DNA of 32,000 bases, taken from positions 300,001-332,000 of the forward strand of contig CP001848.1 in assembly GCA_000025185.1 (NCBI GenBank), in the 5' to 3' direction. Shown one piece after another: positions 23,809-32,000 of the stretch (position 1 is the stretch's first letter; each line of letters opens with the position of its first letter). Below the pieces are notes generated by a model, which was not told the origin of the DNA, searched no databases, and saw only the letters and a program-made list of their open reading frames with translations. This DNA is from Pirellula staleyi DSM 6068 (GTDB lineage: Bacteria; Planctomycetota; Planctomycetia; Pirellulales; Pirellulaceae). A program made the translations under genes and the position numbers.

Positions 23809-25362
23809 ATGAGTGCTGCTCCCTCGCTCGCCCCGCCGCCAAGTAAGTGGACGACCGTCACGTGGCTGGTGTGCATCATCGCGTCGATCGGTTTTGCATT
23901 TGATATCTACGAACTCCTGATGCTCCCGCTGATCGCCCGACCAGCCCTGATGGAGCTCGGTGGCTTTGCTCCAGGAACTACCGGATTTTCGAACTGGGTC
24001 GGTATCCTGTTTTATGTTCCCGCCGTTGCGGGTGGCATTTTTGGTTTGCTCGGTGGCTACCTCACCGACTTGCTCGGACGTCGACGGGTTCTCACCTGGA
24101 GCATCTTGCTCTACGCATTTGCTGCGTTCGCCGCCGGTTTCTCGACCAACCTCTACATGCTGCTGTTTTTCCGATGTCTTGTGTTCATCGGTGTTTGCGT
24201 CGAATTCGTCGCTGCTGTCGCATGGCTCGCCGAACTCTTCAAAGACCCTCAGGAACGCGAAGGTGTGCTCGGGTTCACCCAGGCGTTCTCGTCGATCGGC
24301 GGTTTGATGGTGGCACTGGCCAACGGCATTGCGATTGCCTGGGCTGTGGGACAGCCCGCACCGCTGCTGTTCGGCATCACGCTTCCCGCCTTCCAGTTGC
24401 CTGAAATTCCCGGCTTGCTGGGCACCATTAAAGACCCCACCGCTGCCTGGCGCTACACCCTGATGTCGGGCCTGATTCCAGCCATTCCGCTGATTATCAT
24501 TCGCCCGTTTCTTCCAGAGTCGCCAGCCTGGGCCAAAAAACGGGAATCGGGAACGCTTCGTCGACCATCGATCGCCGAACTGTTCGAGCCCAAACTGCGC
24601 CGCACGACCATCGTCGTCACGCTGATGTTTGCCTGCAGCTTTGGTGCTGCGTTCGGTGCCATTCAGCAGATGCCGCAAATCGTGCCCGGTTTGCCCGACG
24701 TGCAGGCGGAAATTAAAGCAGCTGTCGCGAAAGATTTTACCCCGGAACAGCGCGAAGCTTTGCAAACGAAACTCGCCGGAGAAGGTAAATCCGAAGAGGA
24801 AATCAAGAAGGCGATCGGCGCTCAGACCGGCAAAATTTCAGGTCCGATCATTCAGAAAAAGGCCTCGCATGCTACGAAAATCCAAGAGATTGGTGGCTTG
24901 ATTGGTCGCTTTGCGATCGCCGGCTTGATGCTGCTGATTGTCAGCAGGCGTGCCTTACTGCGGATCTTTTTGATTCCCGGCCTGGTGATCATGCCGCTCG
25001 TGTTTGGCTGGGCTGCAGTCACCAGCCTTAGCTACCTCGAATACGGCATCTTCATTGCTGGCTTTTTGACAGTTGCCCAGTTCAGCTTCTGGGGGAACTA
25101 TTTGCCGCACGTCTACCCGGTCCATTTGCGTGGCACAGGCGAAAGCTTTGCCGCCAACATCGGTGGACGCCTCATCGGCACCAGCTTCGCCGCTGTCACA
25201 CAGTGGCTGGCGCTCTATTTGCCCAATGCTGACAAATCCCCCATCGTTGCCGCACACAACGTGGCCTACGTGGCTGCTGGCGTGGCATTCGCCGTGTACC
25301 TAGTGAACTTTATCGCTACATTCTGGCTCCCCGAGCCCGATATGACGAAGCACGACGACTAA
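23809..25362 (+). CDS. MFS transporter with an extended K/E-rich hydrophilic loop
   Basis: Multiple hydrophobic helices, GYLTDLLGRRRVL (motif A), and PESPAW (sugar-porter-like). The track ORF starts at 23644, but those 55 aa are Cys/Leu-rich junk. ATG 23809 (MSAAPSLAPPPSKWTTVTW) is preferred. Confidence 0.8.
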   Translation: MSAAPSLAPPPSKWTTVTWLVCIIASIGFAFDIYELLMLPLIARPALMELGGFAPGTTGFSNWVGILFYVPAVAGGIFGLLGGYLTDLLGRRRVLTWSILLYAFAAFAAGFSTNLYMLLFFRCLVFIGVCVEFVAAVAWLAELFKDPQEREGVLGFTQAFSSIGGLMVALANGIAIAWAVGQPAPLLFGITLPAFQLPEIPGLLGTIKDPTAAWRYTLMSGLIPAIPLIIIRPFLPESPAWAKKRESGTLRRPSIAELFEPKLRRTTIVVTLMFACSFGAAFGAIQQMPQIVPGLPDVQAEIKAAVAKDFTPEQREALQTKLAGEGKSEEEIKKAIGAQTGKISGPIIQKKASHATKIQEIGGLIGRFAIAGLMLLIVSRRALLRIFLIPGLVIMPLVFGWAAVTSLSYLEYGIFIAGFLTVAQFSFWGNYLPHVYPVHLRGTGESFAANIGGRLIGTSFAAVTQWLALYLPNADKSPIVAAHNVAYVAAGVAFAVYLVNFIATFWLPEPDMTKHDD

Positions 25363-25418
25363 TCGCCACCTGCGAACCTAGGAAAAATACGCAGGATCTG
25401 CTGCCTGGCGATCCTGGC

Positions 25419-25448
25419 TTGACCCGTCTTGTGAATATCCCGTATCCT
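25419..25448 (+). promoter_or_regulatory. Sigma70-like promoter candidate upstream of acpP-fabF
   Basis: TTGACC (25419-25424), an 18-nt spacer, then TATCCT (25443-25448), about 250 nt upstream of acpP. This is a motif match only. Confidence 0.2.
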
Positions 25449-25700
25449 TTGTCGTTTCCTGGGAGCAACTGCGCCCGGCGAGCAGCTTGCTGGCACCTTA
25501 TGCAAACAGCGGTGCTCACGATAAGATACGTGCCTGCAAATTGAAGAACTGGTAGACAGTGCCTGTTTCCTTCATGGCAACAGGCGTAAGAATTCTCGGA
25601 ACCATTCCCGTTACGAGCCGGCCTCGGCGATTGCACCGTGCAATCGGTTGTGGGCGTCTTGTGCGAGTTATCTATTTTTTGAATCAGGAGGACGGTGAAC

Positions 25701-25940
25701 GTGGCATCCGTCGCAGAACGAGTGATTGATATCGTCGCCGATCAGTTGGGCGTCGACAAAGAAAAGATTACGCCCGAAACCTCTTTCGTGAACGACCTTG
25801 GGGCCGACTCGCTCGACACCGTCGAACTGGTGATGGAACTGGAAGAAGAGTTCGACATCAACATTCCAGATGACGCCGCCGAGAAGATCCAAACCGTTGG
25901 TCAGGCGATCAAGTTCATCGAAGAAGCTCAGAATTCCTAA
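25701..25940 (+). CDS. acpP: Acyl carrier protein
   Basis: [21 protein letters not shown] contains the phosphopantetheine Ser in DSL. AGGAGG lies at 25686-25691. GTG 25701 is 9 nt downstream and preferred. The track start, GTG 25695, is only 3 nt from the SD. Confidence 0.95.
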   Translation: MASVAERVIDIVADQLGVDKEKITPETSFVNDLGADSLDTVELVMELEEEFDINIPDDAAEKIQTVGQAIKFIEEAQNS

Positions 25941-25958
25941 GCACGAACGGTTGGGCGG

Positions 25959-27263
25959 ATGAAACGTCGTGTTGTCGTAACGGGCCTGGGGATCATTACG
26001 TCCCTGGCCTGTGAAGTCGATCAGTTCTGGCAAAAACTGCTCGCTGGTGAGAGTGGCATTCACGAGCTGCGCTGTATCGATCGCATCGATCGCTTCAAAG
26101 TTCGCTTTGGTGGCGACGTATGGGATTGGGATGCCGAACGCTACCCCGGTGTTTTCCTGGATCGTAAGGAAATCAAACGGGTCGATCGCTTCACGCAGTT
26201 TGCCATGGTTGCTGCCCATCAAGCGATGGTCGACAGCGGCATCACCCCTCGCGACGGCGACGTCTCGCAAGAGCTTGCTGCCCAGCAACTCGCAGCCGCC
26301 GGCATTAATGCCGAGCGAGCAGGTGTGATTCTTGGTAGCGGTATCGGCGGTCTGCACGAAATCGAAGACCAGGTCCATCGCGTGATGGAAAAAGGGGTCG
26401 ATCGTGTCAGCCCGTTCACTGTCCCCAAGATGATGCTTAACGCCGCTGGCGGAAACATCTCGATCCGCTACGGACTCAAAGCTGCCAACTACTCGGTAGC
26501 GACAGCTTGCGCGTCGGCCAACAACGCCATCGGCGATGCGATTCGGACCATTCAATACGGCGATGCCGATTTCATGATCACCGGCGGCACCGAAGCCGCG
26601 ATCACCGAAATGGGGCTCGCTGGCTTTCAGAACATGAAAGCCCTCTCCACGCGTAACGAAGCTCCCACTAAGGCTAGCCGGCCGTTCTCAGCCGATCGCG
26701 ATGGATTTGTCCTCAGCGAAGGTGCTGGCCTGGTTGTGCTCGAAGAATACGAAAGTGCTAAACGCCGCGGCGCTCGCATCTACTGCGAAATGCTCGGCAG
26801 TGGATTTAGCGCCGATGCAGGCCACATCACCGCCCCCGACGAAGGTGGCACCGGTGCTGGTCGCGCCATGTCGATTGCACTCGCGAATGCGGGCCTCGCC
26901 CCCACCGACATCAGCTACATTTGTGCCCACGGCACCAGCACGCCGCTGGGTGATCAGGCCGAAACCAACGCCATCAAGCGCGTTTTTGGCGAGCATGCTT
27001 ACAAGACTAGTGTGTCGAGCATCAAGAGCCACCTGGGTCACACCCTCGGCGCTTGCGGCGGCATTGCCTTGGTCGCATGCGTGAAGGCTGTCCAGGATCA
27101 AATCGTCCCCCCGACGATCAATCTCGAAACGGCCGATCCTGGTTGCGACCTCGATTTCACGCCGCACGAACCTCGTCGTCGCCCCATCGACTACGTGATC
27201 AGCAACAGCTTCGGCTTCGGCGGCCACAACGCGACCATCGCCCTTGGTCGCCTGAAAGAATAG
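25959..27263 (+). CDS. fabF: Beta-ketoacyl-ACP synthase II
   Basis: RVVVTGLGIITS N-terminus, active-site Cys in VATACASANNAIG, and catalytic His motifs CAHGTSTPLGD and KSHLGHTLGACG. Sits immediately downstream of acpP. Confidence 0.95.
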   Translation: MKRRVVVTGLGIITSLACEVDQFWQKLLAGESGIHELRCIDRIDRFKVRFGGDVWDWDAERYPGVFLDRKEIKRVDRFTQFAMVAAHQAMVDSGITPRDGDVSQELAAQQLAAAGINAERAGVILGSGIGGLHEIEDQVHRVMEKGVDRVSPFTVPKMMLNAAGGNISIRYGLKAANYSVATACASANNAIGDAIRTIQYGDADFMITGGTEAAITEMGLAGFQNMKALSTRNEAPTKASRPFSADRDGFVLSEGAGLVVLEEYESAKRRGARIYCEMLGSGFSADAGHITAPDEGGTGAGRAMSIALANAGLAPTDISYICAHGTSTPLGDQAETNAIKRVFGEHAYKTSVSSIKSHLGHTLGACGGIALVACVKAVQDQIVPPTINLETADPGCDLDFTPHEPRRRPIDYVISNSFGFGGHNATIALGRLKE

Positions 27264-27311
27264 GCGAGAGGCGAGAGGCGAGAGGCGAGAGGCGAGAGGC
27301 GAGAGGCGAGA
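27263..27311. repeat. Perfect heptanucleotide microsatellite (GGCGAGA)x7
   Basis: Seven uninterrupted GGCGAGA units counted base by base from 27263 to 27311. The first G is the last base of the fabF TAG stop. A partial unit GA follows. Confidence 0.95.
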
Positions 27312-27532
27312 GAAAGCAAACTCGCTCGCGCTGTTTAGTTTCGATGCGCTGCTGAATTTTTCTCAATGGCACTGGCACTCTGGCCAGTGCTGATTGATGT
27401 CGCTCTGCACGGTATTCACATGGCCCCAACCTCCCTTCCGGCCCCTTTGCCCTTGCTCCGTGCGGGCGATTTCTCTACTAGAGGCTGGTGCGACTCCGTC
27501 GAGATTTTGGACGTTGATGCGGGGATGGGCCG

Positions 27533-29242
27533 ATGCGATTATCAGCAGTTTTTTTCGTGGCAGCGATGCTAGCAAGCGTGCTCGGCAACAGCTCGCGCGC
27601 GATGGCCGACGATACGTACCCCTTCGAAGCCTTCATCGTCGCCGACGAGGCCGACATCTACAGCGGGCCGGGGCGCCGCTTCTACACCACACAAAAGTTG
27701 CCACGCGGCACTCGCATTGAAGTCTTCCGCCGCGACGTCGCCGGCTGGCTCGCCATTCGTCCTCCCGAAGAGAGTTTCAGCTGGGTTGTGGCCGATCATG
27801 TGGAAGTTGGCGACGAGCCCAACTTAGCCATCGTCGTGACACAAACACCAAGCTGGATTGGGACCGAAATTGAGCGGGTTCGCGAACACAAACATCATCT
27901 GATGCTGGAGCCGGGGGAGGAGCTTTCGATCCTCGGCAAACGGCAAGTTCCACAAGAGGATGGCGAGTCGCAAACGTGGCTGAAAATCGCGCCACCGGCC
28001 GGAGAATTCCGCTGGGTTCATCCGCGCGATATCAGCCGCAGTAAGCCCGAGGAACTCCAGGCAGCAGCGCAGCAGTTGGCCGATGGTCGGCGGCTCGATC
28101 GGGCCTTGGATTTGGATAGCGACGCGCGAAATCAGCTGGGGATGGTCGAAGTGCCACTTCCCCGCCGAGAGCAACTCGAAGAAGTGGAAAATGAGTCGCG
28201 CAGCGACGTGCAGTTGGCATCGGCCGAAATTCCGCTCGATGACTACGAACAACCGGCCACAGAGCAACAACCGGCTGGGCGAATGCCCAGCGGCGCGCGG
28301 CATGCCGAGGAGCATGGCAGCGGCATTCAGTTGACCGATCTCGAGCCCACCACGAAAAAACCACTAGCCGCGCGCGACATGATTTCTCAGCGTTTTCCTG
28401 TTCAGCCTGCGGCCTATCAAGGGGAGCCCTCGCTCGATAGTGCATCCCCTATTTCGTCCGACGGTTTCCGCCCTCGGACAGGTTCGCGACCACGCGCATC
28501 TGACATTGTCACCACCCCCACAAGCACACCTCCCACCACGCGCTCGCGTTCGATGACACCGATCAACCGCACCACTGGCGCACCGGCACTGCTGGGGGAT
28601 GCCGCAGCCGACGAGCGAGTTGCTACTCGCACAAGCTCCGTACCAGCAGCATCACGCGCGAGTGAAGCACTCACATCATCGACCGGCAGTTCTATCGACG
28701 ATCAGTTGGCTGCCATCGATGTCGAATTGTCGCTGATGCTTGCCCGCGATCGGCGCGAATGGAATCTGATTGCGCTCGAGCGCCAAACCCTAGCCATCGT
28801 CGATGGGGCCGAGAACCCTGTCGATCGTGGCCGTGCTCGCTTGATGCTCGAAAAGATCCGCGATTTTGCGACGAAGTTCAAACTCGATACGCTGGCCGAT
28901 TTGGGAGTCGATTCAGCCACAGGATCGACGTCGAAGATTCCTGATGCACCGGTATCGGCCGCTGCTCCTGCAACAGCAGCAAGCGCTGCGACCGACCCTA
29001 AGTACGATGCTGTCGGTTGGCTCAAGCCGGTCGTATCGCGGCAGCATCAAGCGGCCCCTTTTGCGATTGTCGATAGCACGGGCCGACCAATCTGCTTTGT
29101 CTCGCCATCGCCGGGGCTGAATCTGAATCGTTACGTCAACAAGCAAGTGGGGCTTTACGGCCGCCGCGGTTATCTCGAAGCCCTTAAAACGCCGCACGTC
29201 ACTGCCGAACGCGTGATCAGCCTCGAGCGTCATTTGCGCTAG
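27533..29242 (+). CDS. Secreted protein with two N-terminal bacterial SH3-like domains, a long disordered S/T/P/A-rich region and a conserved-looking C-terminal domain
   Basis: Signal peptide MRLSAVFFVAAMLASVLGNSSRAMA. ADIYSGPGRRFYTTQKLPRGTRIEVFRRDVAGWLAIRP is SH3b-like, with a second similar unit (LEPGEELSILGKR...QTWLKIAP). The last ~75 aa are globular (GWLKPVV...FAIVDSTGRPICFVSP...YVNKQVGLYGRRG). Confidence 0.7.
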   Translation: MRLSAVFFVAAMLASVLGNSSRAMADDTYPFEAFIVADEADIYSGPGRRFYTTQKLPRGTRIEVFRRDVAGWLAIRPPEESFSWVVADHVEVGDEPNLAIVVTQTPSWIGTEIERVREHKHHLMLEPGEELSILGKRQVPQEDGESQTWLKIAPPAGEFRWVHPRDISRSKPEELQAAAQQLADGRRLDRALDLDSDARNQLGMVEVPLPRREQLEEVENESRSDVQLASAEIPLDDYEQPATEQQPAGRMPSGARHAEEHGSGIQLTDLEPTTKKPLAARDMISQRFPVQPAAYQGEPSLDSASPISSDGFRPRTGSRPRASDIVTTPTSTPPTTRSRSMTPINRTTGAPALLGDAAADERVATRTSSVPAASRASEALTSSTGSSIDDQLAAIDVELSLMLARDRREWNLIALERQTLAIVDGAENPVDRGRARLMLEKIRDFATKFKLDTLADLGVDSATGSTSKIPDAPVSAAAPATAASAATDPKYDAVGWLKPVVSRQHQAAPFAIVDSTGRPICFVSPSPGLNLNRYVNKQVGLYGRRGYLEALKTPHVTAERVISLERHLR

Positions 29243-29287
29243 ACTTCGAAGAGTCGCAGACTTGCCTTACATGTGCCTGACAGCGGG

Positions 29288-30538
29288 CTATCGTCGCAGC
29301 GCCGGATCGCTCGTCGTTTTGAGGATCGCGCGAGCTGTCGTGCGAACTGCCGGATCGGCATCGGTGGCCAGATGCAAGAGCCAAGGACGTGGATCGATGC
29401 CACGCATACTCGGGAGCGATTCGGCCAGCGCGAGTCGCTTCGCAGGGTCGCTCGAAACCACCACGAGTGCCAGCTGCAAATGCTGCGACTCATAGCCACG
29501 CGCTCGCAGCTCCTCCTCCGCCGCTCGCGCGAGATGCTCGTCGGTCGATGAAAGCCGCTGCATCACTTCCAGATCGGCGAGGAGCGTCAAGTAGTCATAG
29601 CGACGATCGATCGTGGCACCGACTTCGCGATTGGTGGGCTCGTCGGGTTTCTCAGCTGACTCGATCACTTCAGCTCGAGGGGCCACAAAAGGGCCCGGCT
29701 CGGCCGGTACAATTTCGCGTGGCTGATCTCCGAGCTCTGCCGCTTGCGGAACTTGGCCTGGATTAATCGTCAGAGAGGGAGGGAGCGAAGGTCCCACGAC
29801 GGTTGGGAGTCGATCATCCCCCTCAGGCGCAACGGGCAAGTTGCTTCCCGCGATCGGTGGAATGGCGATCGCATTGCCTTCGTCCATCGAGCGTTCGCGC
29901 GACGCATCTCCTACGATCTCGCGAGGCAAAACGGCGTTTGCTATGCGAAGTTCGTCTGGCACCTCTTTCAGGGGCAACGTGACGAGGACTTCACAAGTTG
30001 CCAGCAGCTCAGCCGCTCCAGCAGGATCGTCGGGAAAGGGCCAGCGCAGCAGCTTTTCGCCGATCGTGACTACCCGTTGCCGCTGATCGGCCGACAAATC
30101 GGGAGCCAGCTCGACGAGCAGTTTGGCGAGACGGAGCACACGCTGCTGCGCCATCGAAGGTGGAAGATGTTGCCACTCGCTGAGCTGCGCATCGATCGCG
30201 CGCGAAGCGGCGAGTGTCACCTCTGCCCGCTCGCTTGCCAGGAGTTCGACCAGTGCAGCGATGCCAACGTCATCGATGGCTGTGACCATCGCCACACGGG
30301 TTTGTAAGTTGTCGGGGCTGGCCAGTTCGACGTCGCGCACGAGCTGCGAGATGTAGGCTGCCTCGGTCCACTCGCGCGATTTCCACCACACGATCGGCGC
30401 GCCGATGGTGAAGCAAATTGCGCCGGCCAGTGCGCTAGCGATCCACCACCGCTGCGTTCGGCGCGGAGCGGCAGCGTCCATTTGTGCCGCGAAATGCTGC
30501 TCTGTCGGGCGTTTGGTGCGGTGAGTTGATCGCTTCAT
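29288..30538 (-). CDS. Membrane-anchored hypothetical protein with HEAT-like repeats
   Basis: N-terminal basic segment plus one TM helix (WWIASALAGAICFTIGAPIVWW). The C-terminus HLATDADPAVRTTARAILKTTSDPALRR and an upstream SSDPAKRLALAESL resemble HEAT repeats. Confidence 0.65.
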   Translation of the reverse strand: MKRSTHRTKRPTEQHFAAQMDAAAPRRTQRWWIASALAGAICFTIGAPIVWWKSREWTEAAYISQLVRDVELASPDNLQTRVAMVTAIDDVGIAALVELLASERAEVTLAASRAIDAQLSEWQHLPPSMAQQRVLRLAKLLVELAPDLSADQRQRVVTIGEKLLRWPFPDDPAGAAELLATCEVLVTLPLKEVPDELRIANAVLPREIVGDASRERSMDEGNAIAIPPIAGSNLPVAPEGDDRLPTVVGPSLPPSLTINPGQVPQAAELGDQPREIVPAEPGPFVAPRAEVIESAEKPDEPTNREVGATIDRRYDYLTLLADLEVMQRLSSTDEHLARAAEEELRARGYESQHLQLALVVVSSDPAKRLALAESLPSMRGIDPRPWLLHLATDADPAVRTTARAILKTTSDPALRR

Positions 30539-30831
30539 GCCAGGGCCATGCTTTGGGCTACTTTAGAGGTCGTTGGGCTAAGCACAGTGTGGCGCATCAG
30601 GCAGGGATGCACCAAGATCGATTTCTCAATCCGACAGGCCGCGCAAAGCATGGTGCTAGCAGTGCTGGTTCTTGTAGATGATGAATCATGAAGATTTTTG
30701 CTGGTCCAGTGAGCGTGGACCGGCCGAATTATCCCTAGGACCGGCAAATTCTGCCGGGCTTGCCTTCTGCGAAATTCCGCAGAGGTTTTGGCGGCGACAT
30801 CACCTTCCTGCATCGACAGCGGAGCTAGCAA

Positions 30832-31731
30832 ATGGCCGAGAACAACAGCCTGCTGCCAGATTCGACTGATCGCTCGCGTGAACCGTCGAGGAGTATGTCC
30901 TTGGATCGCCGAACTTTTGTCAGTTCCTCGGTGGTGGCTTTAGCAACTGCGATGTCGCGCACGCTGTGGGCCTCTCCCGAACCGCAGGCCGATAGCAGTC
31001 GACAATCGCGCGAAGATGCGCTCGCTGTGCTGCCTCTGAGCAAACTCAACGCAGCGACGCAGCGGAAAATTGTCGATGTCGTCGATCATCCGAGTGTCTA
31101 TCGCCGCATGCCCGCGAAGCAAATCGACTGCGATCCCGATCTCTACTTGTTCCTGATTCGCCATCCGGAAGTGGTGGTGAACATCTGGAAGATCATGGGC
31201 GTGTCGAATATGCGTGCTGAACGTGTCGCCCCCTTCCAGTGGAAAGGTGACGACGGCGCAGGAACGCTGTGCGATGTCGAGCTTTGCTACGGCACGCAAG
31301 ATATGCATCTGATCTACAGCGAAGGCTTTTACGAAGGCCCGCTCTTTCGCAAGAAGATGAACGCCAAGTGCGTGCTGCTCTTGCAAAGTGAGTACGAGCG
31401 CGGCACCGATGCCAAAACCTACATTGGCAATCGACTCGACGTCTTTTTGCTCATCGAGAACGCAGGGGTCGATCTCATTGCGAAGACACTTCAGCCATTA
31501 GTGGGAAGTGTAGCGGATGCGAACTTTCAGGAGACGACCAAGTTCCTGAGCAAGCTGTCGCAGACTGCTGAACGAAACGGGCCAGGCATGCAGAAGTTGG
31601 CCGAGCGTCTCGAGGATGTAAAGCCCGAGGTGCAGGCCGAGTTTGCCCGCGTGAGTGCTGCCGTGCATGCTCGCGCTGCTTCGCGTGAAGGTGGCGTGGC
31701 ACAAGCGCAGTCGCAGCAGCGCACGCGATAA
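30832..31731 (+). CDS. Hypothetical protein with possible Tat-type signal
   Basis: Long open frame with coding-like codon usage. Internal Met at 30895 gives MSLDRRTFVSSSVVALATAMSRTLWA, which has a twin-Arg, a hydrophobic core and A-x-A-like ending. I recognise no family. Confidence 0.65.
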   Translation: MAENNSLLPDSTDRSREPSRSMSLDRRTFVSSSVVALATAMSRTLWASPEPQADSSRQSREDALAVLPLSKLNAATQRKIVDVVDHPSVYRRMPAKQIDCDPDLYLFLIRHPEVVVNIWKIMGVSNMRAERVAPFQWKGDDGAGTLCDVELCYGTQDMHLIYSEGFYEGPLFRKKMNAKCVLLLQSEYERGTDAKTYIGNRLDVFLLIENAGVDLIAKTLQPLVGSVADANFQETTKFLSKLSQTAERNGPGMQKLAERLEDVKPEVQAEFARVSAAVHARAASREGGVAQAQSQQRTR

Positions 31732-31754
31732 GTGTTCGCCGCAACAGCCCCTGT

Positions 31755-32000
31755 TCAGTTGCAATCAGTGGCTTTGTTTTCGTCGTTTTTGCCTGGGAAA
31801 ATCGCGTATTTCCAGCGCAGCGTTCGGCCGCGTGGATTTTCCGGCAGCGAGATCGCAGCGGTGATTGTCAGCAGATCTCCCACCATCGCCAAGGCTGGTG
31901 GGGGAGCGATCCCTGCGGAAGTAGTCTCGAGCCGCAGCAACACCTCGCCTGTGGTGCTCACCAGATGGGCTTCGGTCGGTGAAACAACGACCAGTCTTCC
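31755..32000 (-). CDS. 3' end of a minus-strand gene continuing beyond the window edge (function unknown)
   Basis: The frame containing the listed 68-aa ORF stays open up to base 32000 (GRLVVVSPTEAHLVSTTGEV...). Codon usage is similar to neighbouring genes. Stop at 31755-31757. Confidence 0.35.
   Translation of the reverse strand, partial: GRLVVVSPTEAHLVSTTGEVLLRLETTSAGIAPPPALAMVGDLLTITAAISLPENPRGRTLRWKYAIFPGKNDENKATDCN

Noticed and set aside
23476-24765. A 429-aa ORF on the minus strand, the longest unexplained ORF in the track
   Set aside because: It is entirely antisense to the well-supported MFS transporter gene. Its R/G/Q/S-rich, low-complexity composition is typical of antisense frames in GC-rich DNA. 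It has no recognisable motif or RBS.
25668-26555. A 295-aa minus-strand ORF overlapping acpP and fabF
   Set aside because: It is antisense to two unambiguous, highly conserved genes, so it is a frame artefact.
27263-27311. Possibility that the repeat array is a CRISPR or part of a coding repeat
   Set aside because: The units are 7 bp and contiguous with no spacers, and no cas genes are present. The overlapping ORFs (27053-27355 +, 27199-27429 -) exist only because of the repeat.
27369-27390. An 8-bp GC-rich hairpin (GCACTGGC / GCCAGTGC) about 105 nt after fabF, as a possible acpP-fabF terminator
   Set aside because: No U-tract follows and it is distant from the stop codon. The evidence is too weak to list as a feature.
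1-32000. Scan for tRNA/rRNA signatures (for example GGTTCGAATCC-type T-arms), transposase/integrase/recombinase motifs, and known defence-system hallmarks
   Set aside because: None were seen by eye. The GTTCGA-like strings that occur lie inside ordinary CDSs. A covariance-model or HMM scan would be needed to exclude them formally.

Overview
Moderately GC-rich chromosomal segment whose gene content points to Planctomycetota, probably the Pirellulales. It carries the phylum-typical DUF1549/DUF1553/PSCyt + DUF1501 gene pair and four DUF1559 (H-X9-DG, pseudopilin-like) genes, and many proteins begin with small zinc ribbons. Housekeeping genes are interspersed: uvrA, acpP-fabF, a FabZ-family dehydratase, trmB, a flavoprotein disulfide reductase, two MFS transporters, and the 3' end of an RND/MMPL exporter. 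I found no rRNA, tRNA, CRISPR array, transposase, integrase, phage gene or recognisable defence or toxin-antitoxin system. The most unusual content is at 10.0-14.8 kb. Three tandem paralogs (11732-14758) fuse an N-terminal C4 zinc ribbon and a roughly 64-aa cytoplasmic extension to a DUF1559 body. The prepilin cleavage/methylation motif is degenerate, with no Glu5. A double zinc-ribbon membrane protein and a LecA-like secreted protein lie just upstream, and a fourth leaderless DUF1559 gene sits at 3342-4112. Other points worth a second look: an unlisted 32-aa highly basic peptide gene with a bL37-like KANHGKRP core (1069-1167); a SufS-fold PLP enzyme whose catalytic Cys position reads Tyr, next to a PaaK-type ligase and a divergent MFS gene (14.8-19.0 kb); a (GGCGAGA)x7 microsatellite touching the fabF stop codon; and a MITE-like pair of inverted 9-bp-period arrays (3012-3202). 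All homology calls come from motif recognition by eye, no searches were run, and several start codons are uncertain. The window may well be ordinary core genome plus one lineage-specific gene-family innovation.
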